Below are positions 43,979 to 60,807 of a stretch of 64,000 nucleotides of DNA, one piece after another. Position numbers and translations under genes: made by a program. The notes under the pieces were generated by a model. That model was not told the origin of the DNA. It made no database searches and saw only the letters and a program-made list of their open reading frames with translations. The DNA comes from Eledone cirrhosa (taxonomy: Eukaryota), in the NCBI GenBank assembly GCA_964016885.1, contig OZ024740.1, positions 54,808,001 to 54,872,000 of the forward strand, written 5' to 3'. Each line of letters starts with the position of its first letter. Position 1 is the first letter of the stretch.

Positions 43979-45159
43979 AAGTGTATATATATATATATAT
44001 ATGCATGTGTGTGTGTATATACATATACAAATATATAAACATATACACCCTACCAAATGGGGTGGTTGACATTAGAAATGCGCCATGCTTCTGAATATAT
44101 TCTACATCAAATCCTAACAAAGTGCTAAACATGGCGTCGATAAGTAATGCTAGTACTTAGTGTTTGTGCATAGGAGAATTATAGAAATTTAAATCACAAA
44201 TTACAATTTGATTGGGGTAGTTGCTATATATATCTAATATATTAGATATTCTTTGTCATTCACTCTCTCTCTCTCTCCATATATTCTTATACATATATAT
44301 ATGTGTGTGTTTGTTTGTGACTCTATGCGTGTGCGTTTATAATGTGTATATATGTATTTATACATGATGGCTGTCTATTATTTTTAGAAAATGTTTCGTT
44401 ATATATTTCATCTTTTTAAAATAATTCGTCATTAAAATTTTCTTTTTATTTGAGATTAAATCCTAATTTTACCACTTTCAAAATAAGATTGATAATTAAA
44501 TATGTAAACATATCGCAATATTGTTTCTTAATTTCTAATCCCTGAGCGCCTTTGTCTCCATTAAGGCTCATTTCAGCCGTGGCATATCCTTATATGTTTG
44601 TATATGTCCGTCTCTGTATCTTTTGCTGAGGGTATGTATACATACATATATACATGCATAAATGCATACATACTTACATACATGCATGATACATATATAC
44701 ATACATACATACATACATACATGCATACATATATACATGCATACATACATACATACATTCATAGTTACATAACATACATACATGCACGAATACATGAATA
44801 CATACGTGCATGCATACATACATACATACATACATACATACATACATACATACATACATACATACATACATACGTACATACATACATACATACATGCATA
44901 CATATACACACCAATATATTGAGTGACGGCGTAATAGACGCTTGCGTCGTGAATGGAGGATGGATGTTCAATTTGATCAATTGTAAATTGATGGCTGGGT
45001 ATTCCACCATGACGTGAACATGTAACGTATTTCTCAAGTAGAATCGACCTGACAAATTGTTGTATCTTTAATATTCCGTTAACCCTATTTGGATCTATGG
45101 GATAAACAGCCACTTACATTTCCAATTTGAATCCTATGTTAGATCACTTGTATACATAC

Positions 45160-45230
<71 letters not shown>

Positions 45231-45235
45231 ATTGT

Positions 45236-45304
<69 letters not shown>

Positions 45305-46363
45305 TACATATACATATAGGATGAGAGGACTGGGGTCCTTATCATTAAAATTAGCCAATACACCACCAACGAGATATACCTTGGAGGAAGCCAGCTAAAC
45401 CTGCATAGGCGTGAGCTGTCACACACACATACACACATATACACTAATATATATACGTATGAATTTATATTTATATTTATATTTACGTTGGCCGATACTC
45501 TGAAAGTGGGACCGACATTTAGCGTTTTACCGATCCTCAAGAAATATATGAAATATATGAAATAAATGAGAGCATGTTATATTTATATTCAGAATGTAAC
45601 CATTCTTTCTAACAATATGAATAATTTTGCCCATGAGTGAAATCTGTAACTTGTTCAAATTTCATTTTAAACTCATTGATATGAGAAAAAAACTTTTTGA
45701 TTTATGAAGACCAATCGTTGAATGCATAATGCTCGTTAGCCCAAAACGTTTATTTGGTATCAATCTTGCAAATGTATGGTAACCAGCCGTCCATCATTCA
45801 TAACTATTTTGGTTTATGATAACATATTGATACAAGCTCTGAACGAGTATTCAGGAGAGAACACTTGTGCAACAATATCTCTATTTTCTCTGCAATGCAA
45901 AGACAACAGGGAATGTGACAATGATTAAGACTAGATGTTCTTGATCAATCTGTGTCAGAAAATTTTCAATAATTAAGAGAAGGTGTTGTTGGAAGATTAA
46001 TTTAATGCAGTCCCAGTGAACGTGATACAATATTGTTTATGGAAAACGGTGCGGAGTAAACCCTCGATGGAGGCCAAATATGTTGAATTGTTCTTCTATT
46101 TGGATACACATCACCATTGTTCGGTGGTTTGGATTGGTACTTTAATCATTAAAAAAAGCTTCAAGCACAGACATCATTTGACCTAAACAATTTTCACGGG
46201 TGTTCTGTGAGCAGGGCCTTTACATTTTTCTTTCTCAACAGCATATACAGAAAGGATTCTAAGTCCTTCGAATGGATATGTCATGTTCATGCCACTCATT
46301 TATAAAGAAATGTTCAAAGGATGGCAATTTCGGAAACCGAGACGTAATTATTACACACATAGT

Positions 46364-46405
<42 letters not shown>

Positions 46406-46438
46406 TACACACGCACGCGCACACACACACACACACAC

Positions 46439-46554
<116 letters not shown>

Positions 46555-46607
46555 GCATGTATGTATGTATAAATATATTTATATATATATATGTAAATAA
46601 ATGTACA

Positions 46608-46670
<63 letters not shown>

Positions 46671-46691
46671 TTATTAAAATAACAGATTAAA

Positions 46692-46740
46692 GTTTAAGTA
46701 AAGAATCTCTGCTTTCACCATTAACGAGGTCTTCTGAAAC
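46692..46740 (-). ncRNA. Degenerate type I hammerhead, family D
   Basis: GTTT CAGAAGA CC-tcgttaat-GG T GAAA GCAGAG-att-CTTTAC TT AAAC; related 3' half at 47911-47940(+) and tails at ~388, ~40925, ~42610. Confidence 0.5.
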
Positions 46741-46764
46741 ATTATTATTATTATTAATATTACT

Positions 46765-46823
<59 letters not shown>

Positions 46824-47195
46824 TATATATATTTGTATATATTCATAGATACAAACATGATGTGCTTATGAGCCGAGATGCGATAAAATACCTTATAAAA
46901 TCGTGTTAAGCCACTTTAAAAACGGATAAAGAATTTGCCATAGACTACTATGAAGAATCGAACCCCATATCCGCCAGATACCAGGTACATATAAATGCAT
47001 ATATTTACATACTTACAAACATATATACATACTTCATAGACACATATGGGACTCTATTTATATAGATATATACCGGTCTGTGTGCGTGCTTGTGTTTGTG
47101 TACCCGTGTGTGTGCGTATGTGAGGATGTCCATATATGTATGTAAGTATGCATGTATGTAATTACATAAATATTCACGTGTATTTGTATATATAC

Positions 47196-47259
<64 letters not shown>

Positions 47260-47705
47260 CTGTGTGTGTGTGTGTGTGTGTGTGTAGAACATGCAAAAGA
47301 AAAGAGGAGAAATAGGTGGAGAGTTAAACAAATGCTCAACCAATATGTTGTACAGAAATTTCTATATGTTTCAGAAATGAAGTATTTTACGATGTTTGAG
47401 CAATGTCCAAATGCTTCGTAGATTACGTCACAGTTATAAAGAATGCTATGTTTAAAGGTGTCGTTATGTTTGAAACTCTTCTGCATAGTACTGTCTGTCT
47501 ATAAGGCGAGATTTCCACGTTAGATACACGATAGATGAACATACACAAACACACACACACACACAAACACACTATAAATATATTTATGTGTGTGTGTGTA
47601 CATATATATATATATGCATATATATATGCATATATGCATGTATATATGTATATATATATATGTATACATATATACATATATATGTATACATGATATATAA
47701 TATAT

Positions 47706-47742
<37 letters not shown>

Positions 47743-47759
47743 TACTATATATATATATA

Positions 47760-47799
<40 letters not shown>

Positions 47800-47955
47800 A
47801 ATATATATATATATATATAGTAATAATAAATTTGAAGACTAAAATCCAAAGAGGGCTCGATAAGGATAAATATATATCAAATATATAAGAACCGTAGAGC
47901 AAATATTTAAGGGTGAAAGCACCGATTCTTTGCTTAAACTTTAATCTGTTATTTT

Positions 47956-47996
<41 letters not shown>

Positions 47997-48151
47997 AAAA
48001 TATGTGACTCTACATCGTATGCCTTCCATTTATATCGATATAGTTTCATAAATCTAAACTCACACAAGCGTAAGCACGTTCACACATGCATATAAATACT
48101 TATATAAGTGTGTTTGTGTTTGTCTGTCAGTGTGTCTGTCTGTATGTATGT

Positions 48152-48213
<62 letters not shown>

Positions 48214-48232
48214 TATATATGTATATATATAT

Positions 48233-48537
<305 letters not shown>

Positions 48538-48620
48538 TATATATATATATATATGTATATATATACATATATAAATATATATATATGTATATATGCACAT
48601 ATACATATATATTTAATTAT

Positions 48621-48686
<66 letters not shown>

Positions 48687-48781
48687 GTACATATATGTAT
48701 ATACATATATATGTATGTATATGTATGTATCTATAAATATATACATATATGTATATATATATATATACATATATATATATT

Positions 48782-48812
<31 letters not shown>

Positions 48813-49114
48813 CACATAGATAGATATGTGTGTGTGTCTGTATGTGAGTGTGTGTGTGTATGTGTGTGTGTGTGTGTATATTGCATGAAAATTAGGAATT
48901 TTCATTAGGCTATTTTTCAATATTGATCTCAATCTCCTATTTTAAACGATCTGCTTGAATACAACTTGAAGAATTACTCGTATAATGCTGCCGCTAATCA
49001 ACTTTGCTTACGTATTCCTAAAAGAAATTCTTTCAGAAATTCTTCACATATACGCGGATTCATTACTCTTGCAAAACTCATATATACATGTGTATATATA
49101 TATATGTGTGTGTA

Positions 49115-49191
<77 letters not shown>

Positions 49192-49274
49192 AATTATTGA
49201 GCGCTTGCCTCACAATTCGAAAGTGTTTTTTCGTTATTTCATAGGCTGAAATTCGATTCTCGCTAATTTTTACT

Positions 49275-49323
<49 letters not shown>

Positions 49324-49422
49324 CATACCCACATATATATATTATAAATATATATATGTATATGTATTTATATATATAATATATATGTGTGTCTGTGAGA
49401 GGGACAGTGTTTATATATAGTT

Positions 49423-49477
<55 letters not shown>

Positions 49478-49481
<4 letters not shown>

Positions 49482-49617
49482 CAAAGGAAATGTGGTAAGG
49501 AACCAGGGGGACCATAAAGCACCAGAGTACTCAATACTTAGGGTAGTAGAGTGGGAAATAGGAAAAAAAAATATATATATATATATATATACATATATAT
49601 GTATATATATATAAATG

Positions 49618-49648
<31 letters not shown>

Positions 49649-49784
49649 AAGTATGACCCCGACGGCAGAGCTCAAGCCGTTTCGAGTCCAGAAATAGCCG
49701 TCGAAACGGCTGGAGCTCTGCCGTCGGGGTCATACTTTTTCATATATATATATATATATATATACATTTATATATATATACATA

Positions 49785-49830
<46 letters not shown>

Positions 49831-50063
49831 AACGAATAGGACCCCGGCGTCTGATCTCAAGCCGTTTCGACGGGTATTTCTGGACTAAAAAAATGTAATC
49901 CAGAATTCTGGACTAAAATATTTTAGTGCAGAATTAGCCGTCGAAACGGCGCGAGATCAGGCGTCGGGGTCCTACTCGTTCCTATTACCCACTCTACTAC
50001 CCTAAATATTGAGTACTTTGGTGCGTTATGGTCCATCTGGTTCCCTACCACATTTCCTTCGCT
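49478..50063. mobile_element. Two adjacent family B fold-back elements (49478-49742 and 49826-50063)
   Basis: First is interrupted by a TA tract; second has a duplicated axis loop. Confidence 0.8.
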
Positions 50064-50064
50064 T

Positions 50065-50103
<39 letters not shown>

Positions 50104-50441
50104 GATATATATATATATGTATATATATATATACATAATACATACATGTATATATATATCTATGTCAGTCGTCTTATTCCTTCTCATCTATCCCACTCTC
50201 TATTTAACTACCTTTATCCTCTTCGTTTACCCTTCTGTTAGTTTGTCTCTTTCTCTTTCTCCGTTCACTCTCTTTCTTTCTGTCTCTCCTCTCTGCAAGT
50301 TTCTACCTAAGCACAACCTATATATCCGGCTAAACTTCGCCAGACCCTATCTCTATATCTATCAATCTATCTATCTATCTCTATCACCATGTATCTTTCC
50401 TTCTCTCCCCTTCTCTCCTTACCTCCAATTATATCTCACTT

Positions 50442-50562
<121 letters not shown>

Positions 50563-51363
50563 CTCGCTAACTCACTCCCAGTCAGCCGTCACTTAGTCAG
50601 CATATCTGAAGCCCTTAACTCTTTCCCACCAATCAGACAACACAGCAGCCTTTCCTAGTTAAATTAACTGGTACAGTGTAGCTAGCTAGCTAGAGAGCTC
50701 TCGCATATTTTAGTTGTGTGTGCATGTTTATATATGTTTGTGTGTGTGTCCCTGTGTGCATTGGGGAGCAGAAAGCCTGGGATGGGGCTAGGTGCATAGT
50801 TATTAAACATATGATAAGATTTGTAGCAAAGCTAAAGGCAAAATAGCCTCCACGAGCAATAATTACGATGGACAATAATAGGAAAGAAGACTAGCAACAT
50901 CATCAACATCATAATCATTATCATCATCATCGCAATCATTATCATCGTGATCATCTTCTTAACCATCATCATCATCAACATCACCATTACCACCAGTAAC
51001 AGCACTGTTATCATCATCAACATCACCATCATCCTAATAACCACTATCATCATTGTCATCATCACCATTATTATCATCAATAGCAAGTACAATAGCATGA
51101 GCACCAACAACAAAGTCAAGTTATACGTTGTCGCCATTTCACGTGCTAGACAGTGCAGTCAGATAAATGTTACTCCTGATAGGCGCTGGAAAAAAAGGGA
51201 CGTTTGACAACGTAGTCAAGCTTACATAGGACTGAAGAACTTGCATAAGAGGAATGTTGAAATTGTGTAATATATATATGTGTGTGTGTGTATGTATGTG
51301 TGTGTCTGTGTGTGTGTGTATGTGTGTGTATTTATATATATAAATATATATATATATATGTCT

Positions 51364-51395
<32 letters not shown>

Positions 51396-51505
51396 GTCTA
51401 TATATATATACATACATATATATTATATAAATATATATATCTATCTATCTCTCTCTCTCTTTCTCTCTCTCTGTATATATATATATATATATAAATATAT
51501 ATATA

Positions 51506-51555
<50 letters not shown>

Positions 51556-51561
51556 TCTATC

Positions 51562-51600
<39 letters not shown>

Positions 51601-51680
51601 ATGTATATATGTATATAGATAGATAGATATATAGATAGATAGATATAGATAGATAGATAGATATATATATATATATATAT

Positions 51681-51731
<51 letters not shown>

Positions 51732-51734
51732 TAT

Positions 51735-52108
51735 TTCTTTATTAGCCACAGGGGCACAAAAGAAGGGGACAAATACAAAGGGGGAAGTTTACATACAATA
51801 AAAACGTGTAAAATGTTATCACAGATGGAATTTAAAAGTTAGTCGATTTTCCCCAATAGAGGGAGACAGTTTATATGGGTAACACAGACCCCCGAAAAAA
51901 ATGTGCAACCCTCATCTCCAGGAGTACGAAGAGCTTGTACTCCTTTCCTCTCCTCCTCCTTTTCCTCAACCTACAGGCTGATATAGAGAGAAGGCCCATT
52001 CACTCGGGCCATTCTCGCCACTTTCACCCACCTTTCATAAAACTTGCTGGGGTACAGCACCTCTCTCTCCATCCTGATTCTTCTTCCAAAGTGGTATTTG
52101 AAAAAAAG
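51735..52108 (-). mobile_element. 3' end of a Tx1/L1-like LINE embedded in (GATA)n
   Basis: Minus strand FFKYHFGRRIRMEREVLYPSKFYERWVKVARMARVNG..stop, 3' UTR, AATAAA, then (TATC)n; (GATA)n on both sides. Confidence 0.6.
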
Positions 52109-52150
52109 AATAATATAGATAGATAGATAGATATATATATATATATATAT

Positions 52151-52224
<74 letters not shown>

Positions 52225-52318
52225 TAGGGTTAACGTGTTAGACTAGTAAGACTATGTTGGGGAAGTAGAATATATGTATAATGGGCACTAACATTTCACT
52301 ATCTATCTATCTATCTCC

Positions 52319-52364
<46 letters not shown>

Positions 52365-52682
52365 GGGCGGGCGTTGTGGGTATATCGGCTAGTGTTATTG
52401 TTGTTGTTTACTGATTTCATCTTTTTTGTTCATTAATATATTTGAATTATGAAATTCTGCTTCAATTTCTTCCTTCACACTAAATGAAATTATCTTCGTT
52501 GTAAAAGAAAACTTCTATGCATAAGTCCCATCATCAACCAACCTAATAAAAAATGATGGTGTGCCTCCCGGCTGTTTCTCGGCACACTAGAAATAGCAGT
52601 CAACTATTGCTGACTTAAAACCGACTGAAACAAATATTGTCTTTAAAATATGATAGTTCTATTTCTCCTATATATATATATG

Positions 52683-52729
<47 letters not shown>

Positions 52730-52836
52730 TGTATATCTATATATGTGTGTGTGCGTGTGCATGTGTGTGTATTCATTTATTTATACATATTTATATATAT
52801 GTATTTATATACATACGTTCATATATATGTATATAT

Positions 52837-52892
<56 letters not shown>

Positions 52893-53149
52893 CATATATA
52901 TATTATATATATATATATATATGTGTGTATATATATATATATATAGGTATATATATATATATATACATGTATATATGTATATATATATATACATGTATAT
53001 ATACGTATTTATATATATTATATATATGTGTGTGTGTGTTTATATATATATACATCTATATATACGTATTTATATATATTATATATATATTATATATATA
53101 TGTATAGTCGAGAGATATCCAGACTATTATCCTTCACTTCTCCACTTTT

Positions 53150-53750
53150 GCCCGACCCCACCTTACATACTGTTGTCCACTGTGGTCTCCCCACACGAAA
53201 CAAAATATCAGATTGAATCTCCTCAAAGGTCAATCACGAAAAATATAGATGGGATGACAGGCCTTGTCTATTGGGGTGGATTAGAAAACTCAAACTTTAT
53301 TCTCTTCAACGCCACAGTGATCGCTACATTATCTGCACGATGTGGAAAATATTCCATCATCATTACACAAATCATATTGACATCACCTGAAACTGCACCC
53401 AAGGCTTGGACCTCGTGCTATCCGCCCACAACAAAAATCAAACTCACATCCCTTAACAACAATACGACACAATTATTTCACTTCAATTGGCCCCGCTATG
53501 TTTAACATTACACCAAAACACATTAAATCAGAAATAGACCCCAGGAAATTCAAGCAGTCTTTGGACAAATTTATTCAAGAAATCCCGGATAAACCTCCTG
53601 CACCCGGATATGTCTCCGCAAACAATAATTCCCTTCTTGCGCGGGCCAAGGTGTCCAAAACCTGATTTGAATGATTTCTCCAGGTGGTGCTATCAAGTTA
53701 GACATGGCCTGGGCCAATATTGCCCCAAACCTATTAAATTTATCAAAGTT
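53150..53750 (+). mobile_element. CR1/L2-clade LINE 3' fragment
   Basis: Frameshifted [35 protein letters not shown] and [22 protein letters not shown]. Confidence 0.7.
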
Positions 53751-53757
53751 ATGTATA

Positions 53758-53803
<46 letters not shown>

Positions 53804-53806
<3 letters not shown>

Positions 53807-53908
53807 CGAATGAAGTGTGATAAGGAACCCGATGGACCATAACGCACCATCCAGAAATAGCCGTCGAAACGGCTTGAGCTCTGCCGTCGGGGTCTTGAAT
53901 ATTTTCCT
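53804..53908. mobile_element. Internally deleted family B element
   Basis: Tail start joined directly to CCAGAAATAGCCGTCGAAACGGCTTGAGCTCTGCCGTCGGGGTC. Confidence 0.75.
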
Positions 53909-53958
53909 ATATATATATATATATAATAATAAAATGTGGAGAGGAGGCACACGAGTTA

Positions 53959-54008
<50 letters not shown>

Positions 54009-54452
54009 CTGTGTATGTATGTGTCTATGTGTGTATATAAAAACCTATCGTACAGTGCGCTTCATTTAAATGACGACGGTGCTCGTATGAGCGGACTATA
54101 CTCTTAGATAAACGCTTCACCATACAACTTAGTGTAGACTAGTCAAACTACGTCCCGCTTGTCTTACTGAATGACATGCCTAATTTCAAAATTGATGACT
54201 CTCATCTTATGCGGCCCACTGCTAAGTAAATGTTGCCCATGTCTGCTATATACACTACATTCTACATACATGCAGCATACATTCAACTAGAGTGTATTAA
54301 ACACTTCGTTTTGCTCATGAGACACTAAATCAAAATAATATATTTGGCCAAATCGTGGTGGCTGGATCAAGTATATATATATATATATATATAGTGGTAA
54401 ACGGAATAGAAAATGGTGCATTTTTTATTCCGTTTTCCAATATATAATAACT

Positions 54453-54575
<123 letters not shown>

Positions 54576-54584
54576 TTATATATA

Positions 54585-54613
<29 letters not shown>

Positions 54614-54616
<3 letters not shown>

Positions 54617-54793
54617 GGAACGAGTAGGACCCCGACGGCTGAGCTCAAGCCGTTTCGACGGCTAATTCGCCGTCGAAACGGCTTGAGCTCAGCCGTCGGG
54701 GTCCTACTCGTTCCTATTACCCACTCTACTACCCTAAGTATTGAGTACTTTGGTGCGTTATGGTCCACCTGGTTCCTTACCACATTTGCTTCG

Positions 54794-54797
<4 letters not shown>
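54614..54797 (+). mobile_element. Family B fold-back element
   Basis: Near-perfect palindrome 54614-54717 with shortened axis GGCTAATTCGCC, then the tail to TTCGTTATA. Confidence 0.85.
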
Positions 54798-54860
<63 letters not shown>

Positions 54861-54895
54861 CCATATATAAATACAATATTTATTTTTTGATACCC

Positions 54896-54946
54896 AGATT
54901 CCTGACGATTTCTAACGAATGAAACAGTTCTAGTTTTGTAGAATCT
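54896..54946 (+). ncRNA. Complete type I hammerhead ribozyme
   Basis: AGATTC CTGACGA TTTC-taac-GAAT GAAA CAG-ttctagtt-TTG TA GAATCT; perfect 6-bp stem I; same family as 16447. Confidence 0.8.
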
Positions 54947-54958
54947 CATCTATATTAA

Positions 54959-55098
<140 letters not shown>

Positions 55099-55138
55099 GT
55101 GTGTGTATATATCTACACACACACATATATATATGAAT

Positions 55139-55212
<74 letters not shown>

Positions 55213-55666
55213 GGAATAAAAATAAAACGAAATTTCATTTCTCACTCTTAGTACGGCACTTACTTAAATGTAAGTATGTATGTATGTATACGTACATACA
55301 TATATGTATACAGACGTACAGTAGTATGTATATATACACACACATGCATATATATATGTGTGCATGTGTACTTGATCCAGCCACCAGGATTTGGCCAAAT
55401 ATATTATTTTGATTTAGTGTGTCATAAGCAAAACGAATTGTTTAATACACTCTAGTTGAATGTATGCTGCATGTATGTAGAATGTAGTGTATATAGCAGA
55501 CATGGGCAACATTTACTTAGCAGTGGGCCGCATAAGATGAGAGTCATCAATTTTGAAATTAGGCATGTCATTCAGTAAGACAAACGGGACGCATGCAGCT
55601 TGCGAGCCGTAGTTTGCTCATGACTAGCCTACATGTATATGTTTGTATATATATACTCACAAATAT

Positions 55667-55753
<87 letters not shown>

Positions 55754-55835
55754 TATATACATATGTATATATGTGTATATATGTGTATATATATATATAT
55801 ATACAGACATATACATATGTATACATATGTATATA

Positions 55836-55913
<78 letters not shown>

Positions 55914-55965
55914 TATGTGTGTATATATATATATATACAGACATATACATATGTATACATATGTA

Positions 55966-56126
<161 letters not shown>

Positions 56127-56487
56127 ATATATATATATTTATATATATATATATATGTATGTATGTAATGTATGCATGTATGTATGTAGGTATGTATGTA
56201 TGTATGTATGCATGTATGTATGTAGGTATGTATGTATGTATGTATGTATGTATGCTTGTATGTATGTTAGATGGATGAAGACATATGTGGCACAGAGAGG
56301 TGAGCAGAGGTGAAGAGAATGGGAGAGAAAGTGAAATATAGAGATAGTGTAAGAGTGATAAGGAAAGAAAGGTAAAATGTATGAAAGTAATAGTGCATAG
56401 GTTAAGTTAGTGTATTATGCCTTAATAGCACATCCTTCCTTTAGTATTCCCATTAAATTCTGATACTTAATCATTATTTATTTTCTT

Positions 56488-56600
56488 TCAAATCCCGCCG
56501 AGGTTGACTTTGCCTTTCATCCTTACGGGGTCGATAAAATAAAGTACCAGTAATGCACTGGTTAATTGCTGGCCTTGTGCCTAATGTAGAAACAATTATT
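56488..56600 (+). mobile_element. 5'-truncated tRNA-derived SINE
   Basis: TTCAAATCCCGCCGAGG..CCTTTCATCCTTACGGGGTCGATAAAATAAAGTACCAG..GTAGAAACAATTATT. Confidence 0.8.
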
Positions 56601-56689
56601 TATTTTGTTTCATATTTCTTCTTCAAAGATAAACGACAATTGGTTACCGTAGTTAACATCTACAGAAATATTAATCATATATATAAATT

Positions 56690-56751
<62 letters not shown>

Positions 56752-56870
56752 ATATTTTATACTTTAATTTTTATTTCTACTTTTTCAATCGTGTTTCCTC
56801 CCCCCCCCCCTTATTTCTAAATGTCTTTCCCCCACACAACCTCGGAATTCTCTTCCTACCCTCTTTTCTC

Positions 56871-56893
56871 CCGATGAAGGGCTTAGGCCCGAA
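56871..56893 (+). ncRNA. Family C-like hammerhead 5' part, disrupted by a C/(CA)n tract
   Basis: CCGATGA A GGGC-ttag-GCCC GAA; downstream tail AAGCGTGAACCTAATA resembles other family C tails. Confidence 0.45.
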
Positions 56894-56992
56894 CCCCCCC
56901 ACACACACACACACACACACACACTCTCAAAAGCGTGAACCTAATAAACTCTTATTTGTACTGCCTCTCTGTTTTTGTTCCCGTCTAAGTTT

Positions 56993-57195
<203 letters not shown>

Positions 57196-57204
57196 TATAT
57201 AGTT

Positions 57205-57540
57205 AAAACTATGAGGATGGCTCTGAACATTAATCAGTATACACTGAGGATGAAAAACTCAGAGCTGTATGGGAGCATCCCAAAAGTCAGCTCAAAAGTG
57301 ACACAGAGGAGACTGAGGTTGGCTGGACATGCTCACCGACATCCAGAGTTGATGTTGCACTCAGTGCTCCTTTGGGAGCCCCTACATGGACACACTAGAA
57401 GAGGAAGACCAAGGTTAACATATGTTGATGCCCTAAGGACACTGGTCTGTTGGAGATGCAGGGTATGGCAGCGATAATGAGGGACAGAGACCGCTGGAGA
57501 GAACTCGTCCATGGATCTCGGGAATTTTACCCGCCTTAGA
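57205..57540 (+). mobile_element. RTE/RTEX-like LINE 3' end
   Basis: [60 protein letters not shown]; ends in (TAGA)n. Confidence 0.75.
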
Positions 57541-57562
57541 TAGATAGATATATATGTATGTG

Positions 57563-57594
<32 letters not shown>

Positions 57595-57614
57595 AGTATA
57601 TATATATATGTATG

Positions 57615-57658
<44 letters not shown>

Positions 57659-57672
57659 CGTGTGTGTGTGTG

Positions 57673-57885
57673 TAACGAAGGAATTGTGGTAAGGAACCAG
57701 ATGGACCATAATGCACCAGAGTACTCAATACTTAGGGTATTAGAGTGGGTAATAGGAAAAGGTATGACACCGGCGGCAGAGCCTAAGCCATTTCGATGGC
57801 TATTTCTGGTCTCCAGAAATAGCCGTCGAAATGGCTTGAGCTCTGCCGTCGGGGTCATACTTTTTCCTATATATATATGTATATA

Positions 57886-57935
<50 letters not shown>

Positions 57936-58030
57936 TATACATATTTAGGAAAATGCTAAAGACCCCGACGGCAGAGCCCAAGCCGTCGGGGACTTGAACA
58001 TTTTCCTATTACCCACTCTACAACCCTAAT
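57673..58030. mobile_element. Two family B fold-back elements (57673-57869, stem II axis; 57946-58030, stem III axis)
   Basis: Same tail and palindromes as other copies. Confidence 0.8.
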
Positions 58031-59567
58031 TGTATATCGTGCAATGGCCACACTCGATAACGAGGGAGCAGCCATCATATATATATATATATATACACAC
58101 ATACATACTCTTGACCAGCTCTAGCATAGGAGATGAGGCAATACTGGAGTATTTAAATACATAATTAGAATGGTTCCTAATTCAGGCACATTGTCAGCAA
58201 TTAAAGGGAAAGGTAAAAGTCGATTAGATTGACCCTAGTACTTGTATAGCAATTTATCTTATCGACCCTGGACTAATGAAAAGGAAATTTGCCATCGGCT
58301 GTGTTTGAACCAGAATGTAAAGCCTTCCAAATAATTCAGCCACTCCGTTTGTCTGACATTCCTGAAATTCTACCGTTCTTACAAATCTGCAAGGGCAGGA
58401 ATTTTAAGCCAAATTTAATGATACTTTGAATGATATATATTTTTTTTTTCTTCAGAACAGGATATCAAATCTAAAAGTGGAACGTTATCGATTACACTGA
58501 TAATGATTTCTAACATAGTCGTCATGTATCTTCATTATGTGGGTCGGCATAATCAATAGGGTCACTCTTACATGTATATTGTGTAAACTTTGAAATAAAA
58601 GCTTTACGACCGACTTTAAAACTAGGTAACCAAGCATAAAACTTTAAAATACTACCAGAGAAATAGAGGAATGTATTTGACAGGTTGAATCTCTTTTATG
58701 GACAGAAATTACGACTACGTGTGTCCTGCATAGGAATGAGAAATAGCCAACTGCTACCATCAAGATTTTAAACAGAAAACATTGTAAGAAAAAGCAGAAT
58801 TGCTTAACTAATCATTACGAAGCTAAATTCCTGAGCGGGGTATAGTTGGCAATTGCCTATGATTTGGAGGCGGGGGAGGATAAGAGTTAAATCGTATTGC
58901 ATCTTGTACAATGTATATACACCTAACACATATATAAACATATATAGTACTAACTGCAAAAAACTTAACGTGCAATATAAAATGGTGCCACTATTTCATA
59001 CTTAACCTAGGATTATCATTATCATTATGGACGTATATTTTACTTCTGGCATGATCCTATAACCAGCTTTACCGGGGCCTATTCATTAAAGCAAGCAGGA
59101 ATTTGTTCAACATTATAGTTTACCTCATTTAAAAAAAATATATTTTGCTTCTAAACACAAACAATATCAATAGGGGTTACTTTAAACATCCAGTGCATTG
59201 TTGCTGTCATTTGGTCAAGTTATGTTTTAATCGACCCACACAGATATAATTAGCGATGTTCTAGTCATGATCAAACAGACGTTGTAAGTCTCTATGGGAG
59301 TAAACTGTGGTAGAATATCGGTTGAGCTAGGTTTGGCTACTAACTTTAGCAAAACCAGCATCCATATACTTCCTACACAATTACGTCAAGTAAATGTTTT
59401 TCATAGAAATATAAATATTCTTAGATAATCCCATTATACTTATACTTATAGATATATCTATCTTTTGGGATGTATACATATATTTACATACATATGTGCA
59501 AGCTTGCGCGTGTATATGTATATGTATATGAATAAATAAATACACAAATAAATAAACACACACACAC

Positions 59568-59599
<32 letters not shown>

Positions 59600-60186
59600 A
59601 TTTGTGTGTGTGTGTGTGCATGTGTATATATGTATGTATACATGCATGTATACAAGTATTTAATGTAAAATATTCTGCAACCTTTTTCGAGACGTTTTAT
59701 CAACTTAAAAATCTACATCATATTTTACTGTATATGTCAAGAGAAAAATAACCGAACAGCGTGCAAATGGTGTATTTTTTTAGTGTGTATGTGTTTGTGT
59801 TCTTTTGTGTGTTGGTTTCAATAGTCACACATATATAGCCACACACATTTCTATTGACATTTCCTGCTAATGAAATGATTCACCTTGTGTTTACTTAAGT
59901 CACCGAACACTTCCCACATTGTTTACGTTATCAAAGTAACATGTTTTGCCCTTGCTTTCCAGCCCTCTCTGCGACACTGTCTTCCCCTCTCTATCTGTAT
60001 ATATATATGCAGAGATACCTGTTCCCGTGTATACACATTCATACCTACCTATCTACATGCGTACACATGTTTTTATTAGAACACCTCAAAAGGTATGGTT
60101 TTAATAAAAACTCTACAATTTAATTATATGATGTGAGTCCTCACCTAAACTTACAAACATGCATATATATATATGAATATGCATAT

Positions 60187-60234
<48 letters not shown>

Positions 60235-60389
60235 TCATATATATATGTATATATATATATATATGGGTGTGAATGTATGTGGTGTGTGTGTGTATCCGTT
60301 GTCATTGCCCTGTGCGGACCCTATTTTGGATATATATATATATATATACACAAACATACATACATGGATACACACATATTATGTATGTA

Positions 60390-60426
<37 letters not shown>

Positions 60427-60807
60427 CAAGACATATTTACATATATATATAGAGAGATTATATATACACGTATATATATTTACATATATATATATATAGA
60501 TAAGATATATATATATATAATCTCTCTATATATATAATCTATATATATATGTATATAATCTCTCTCTATATATATATAATCTCCATTTAGAATCATCTTC
60601 ACCTGATGTGTGAGCATGTATGTATATACGTCTGTTATAATACCAACTTGCTTTGATATTATATTAGGAGCAAATTTATGAACATTCTGTCTTTTATTTC
60701 TAAGGAACACCTTTTTCCGAAAGCTTTCCCCTCTTCGCGTTACTCGAAGTTTATTGAAAAAATTTCTTCGCGTAATTCTAACGCGTCGAATGATCTCATA
60801 TTATTAG

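Noticed and set aside
44910-45125. Complex-sequence island with a ~68-codon open minus frame as a host exon
   Set aside because: No recognisable protein similarity and no clear splice acceptor; needs RNA-seq.
45600-46260. Possible Tc1/mariner remnant (IQHIWPPS on minus strand)
   Set aside because: Only one weak motif and no matching TIR pair seen.
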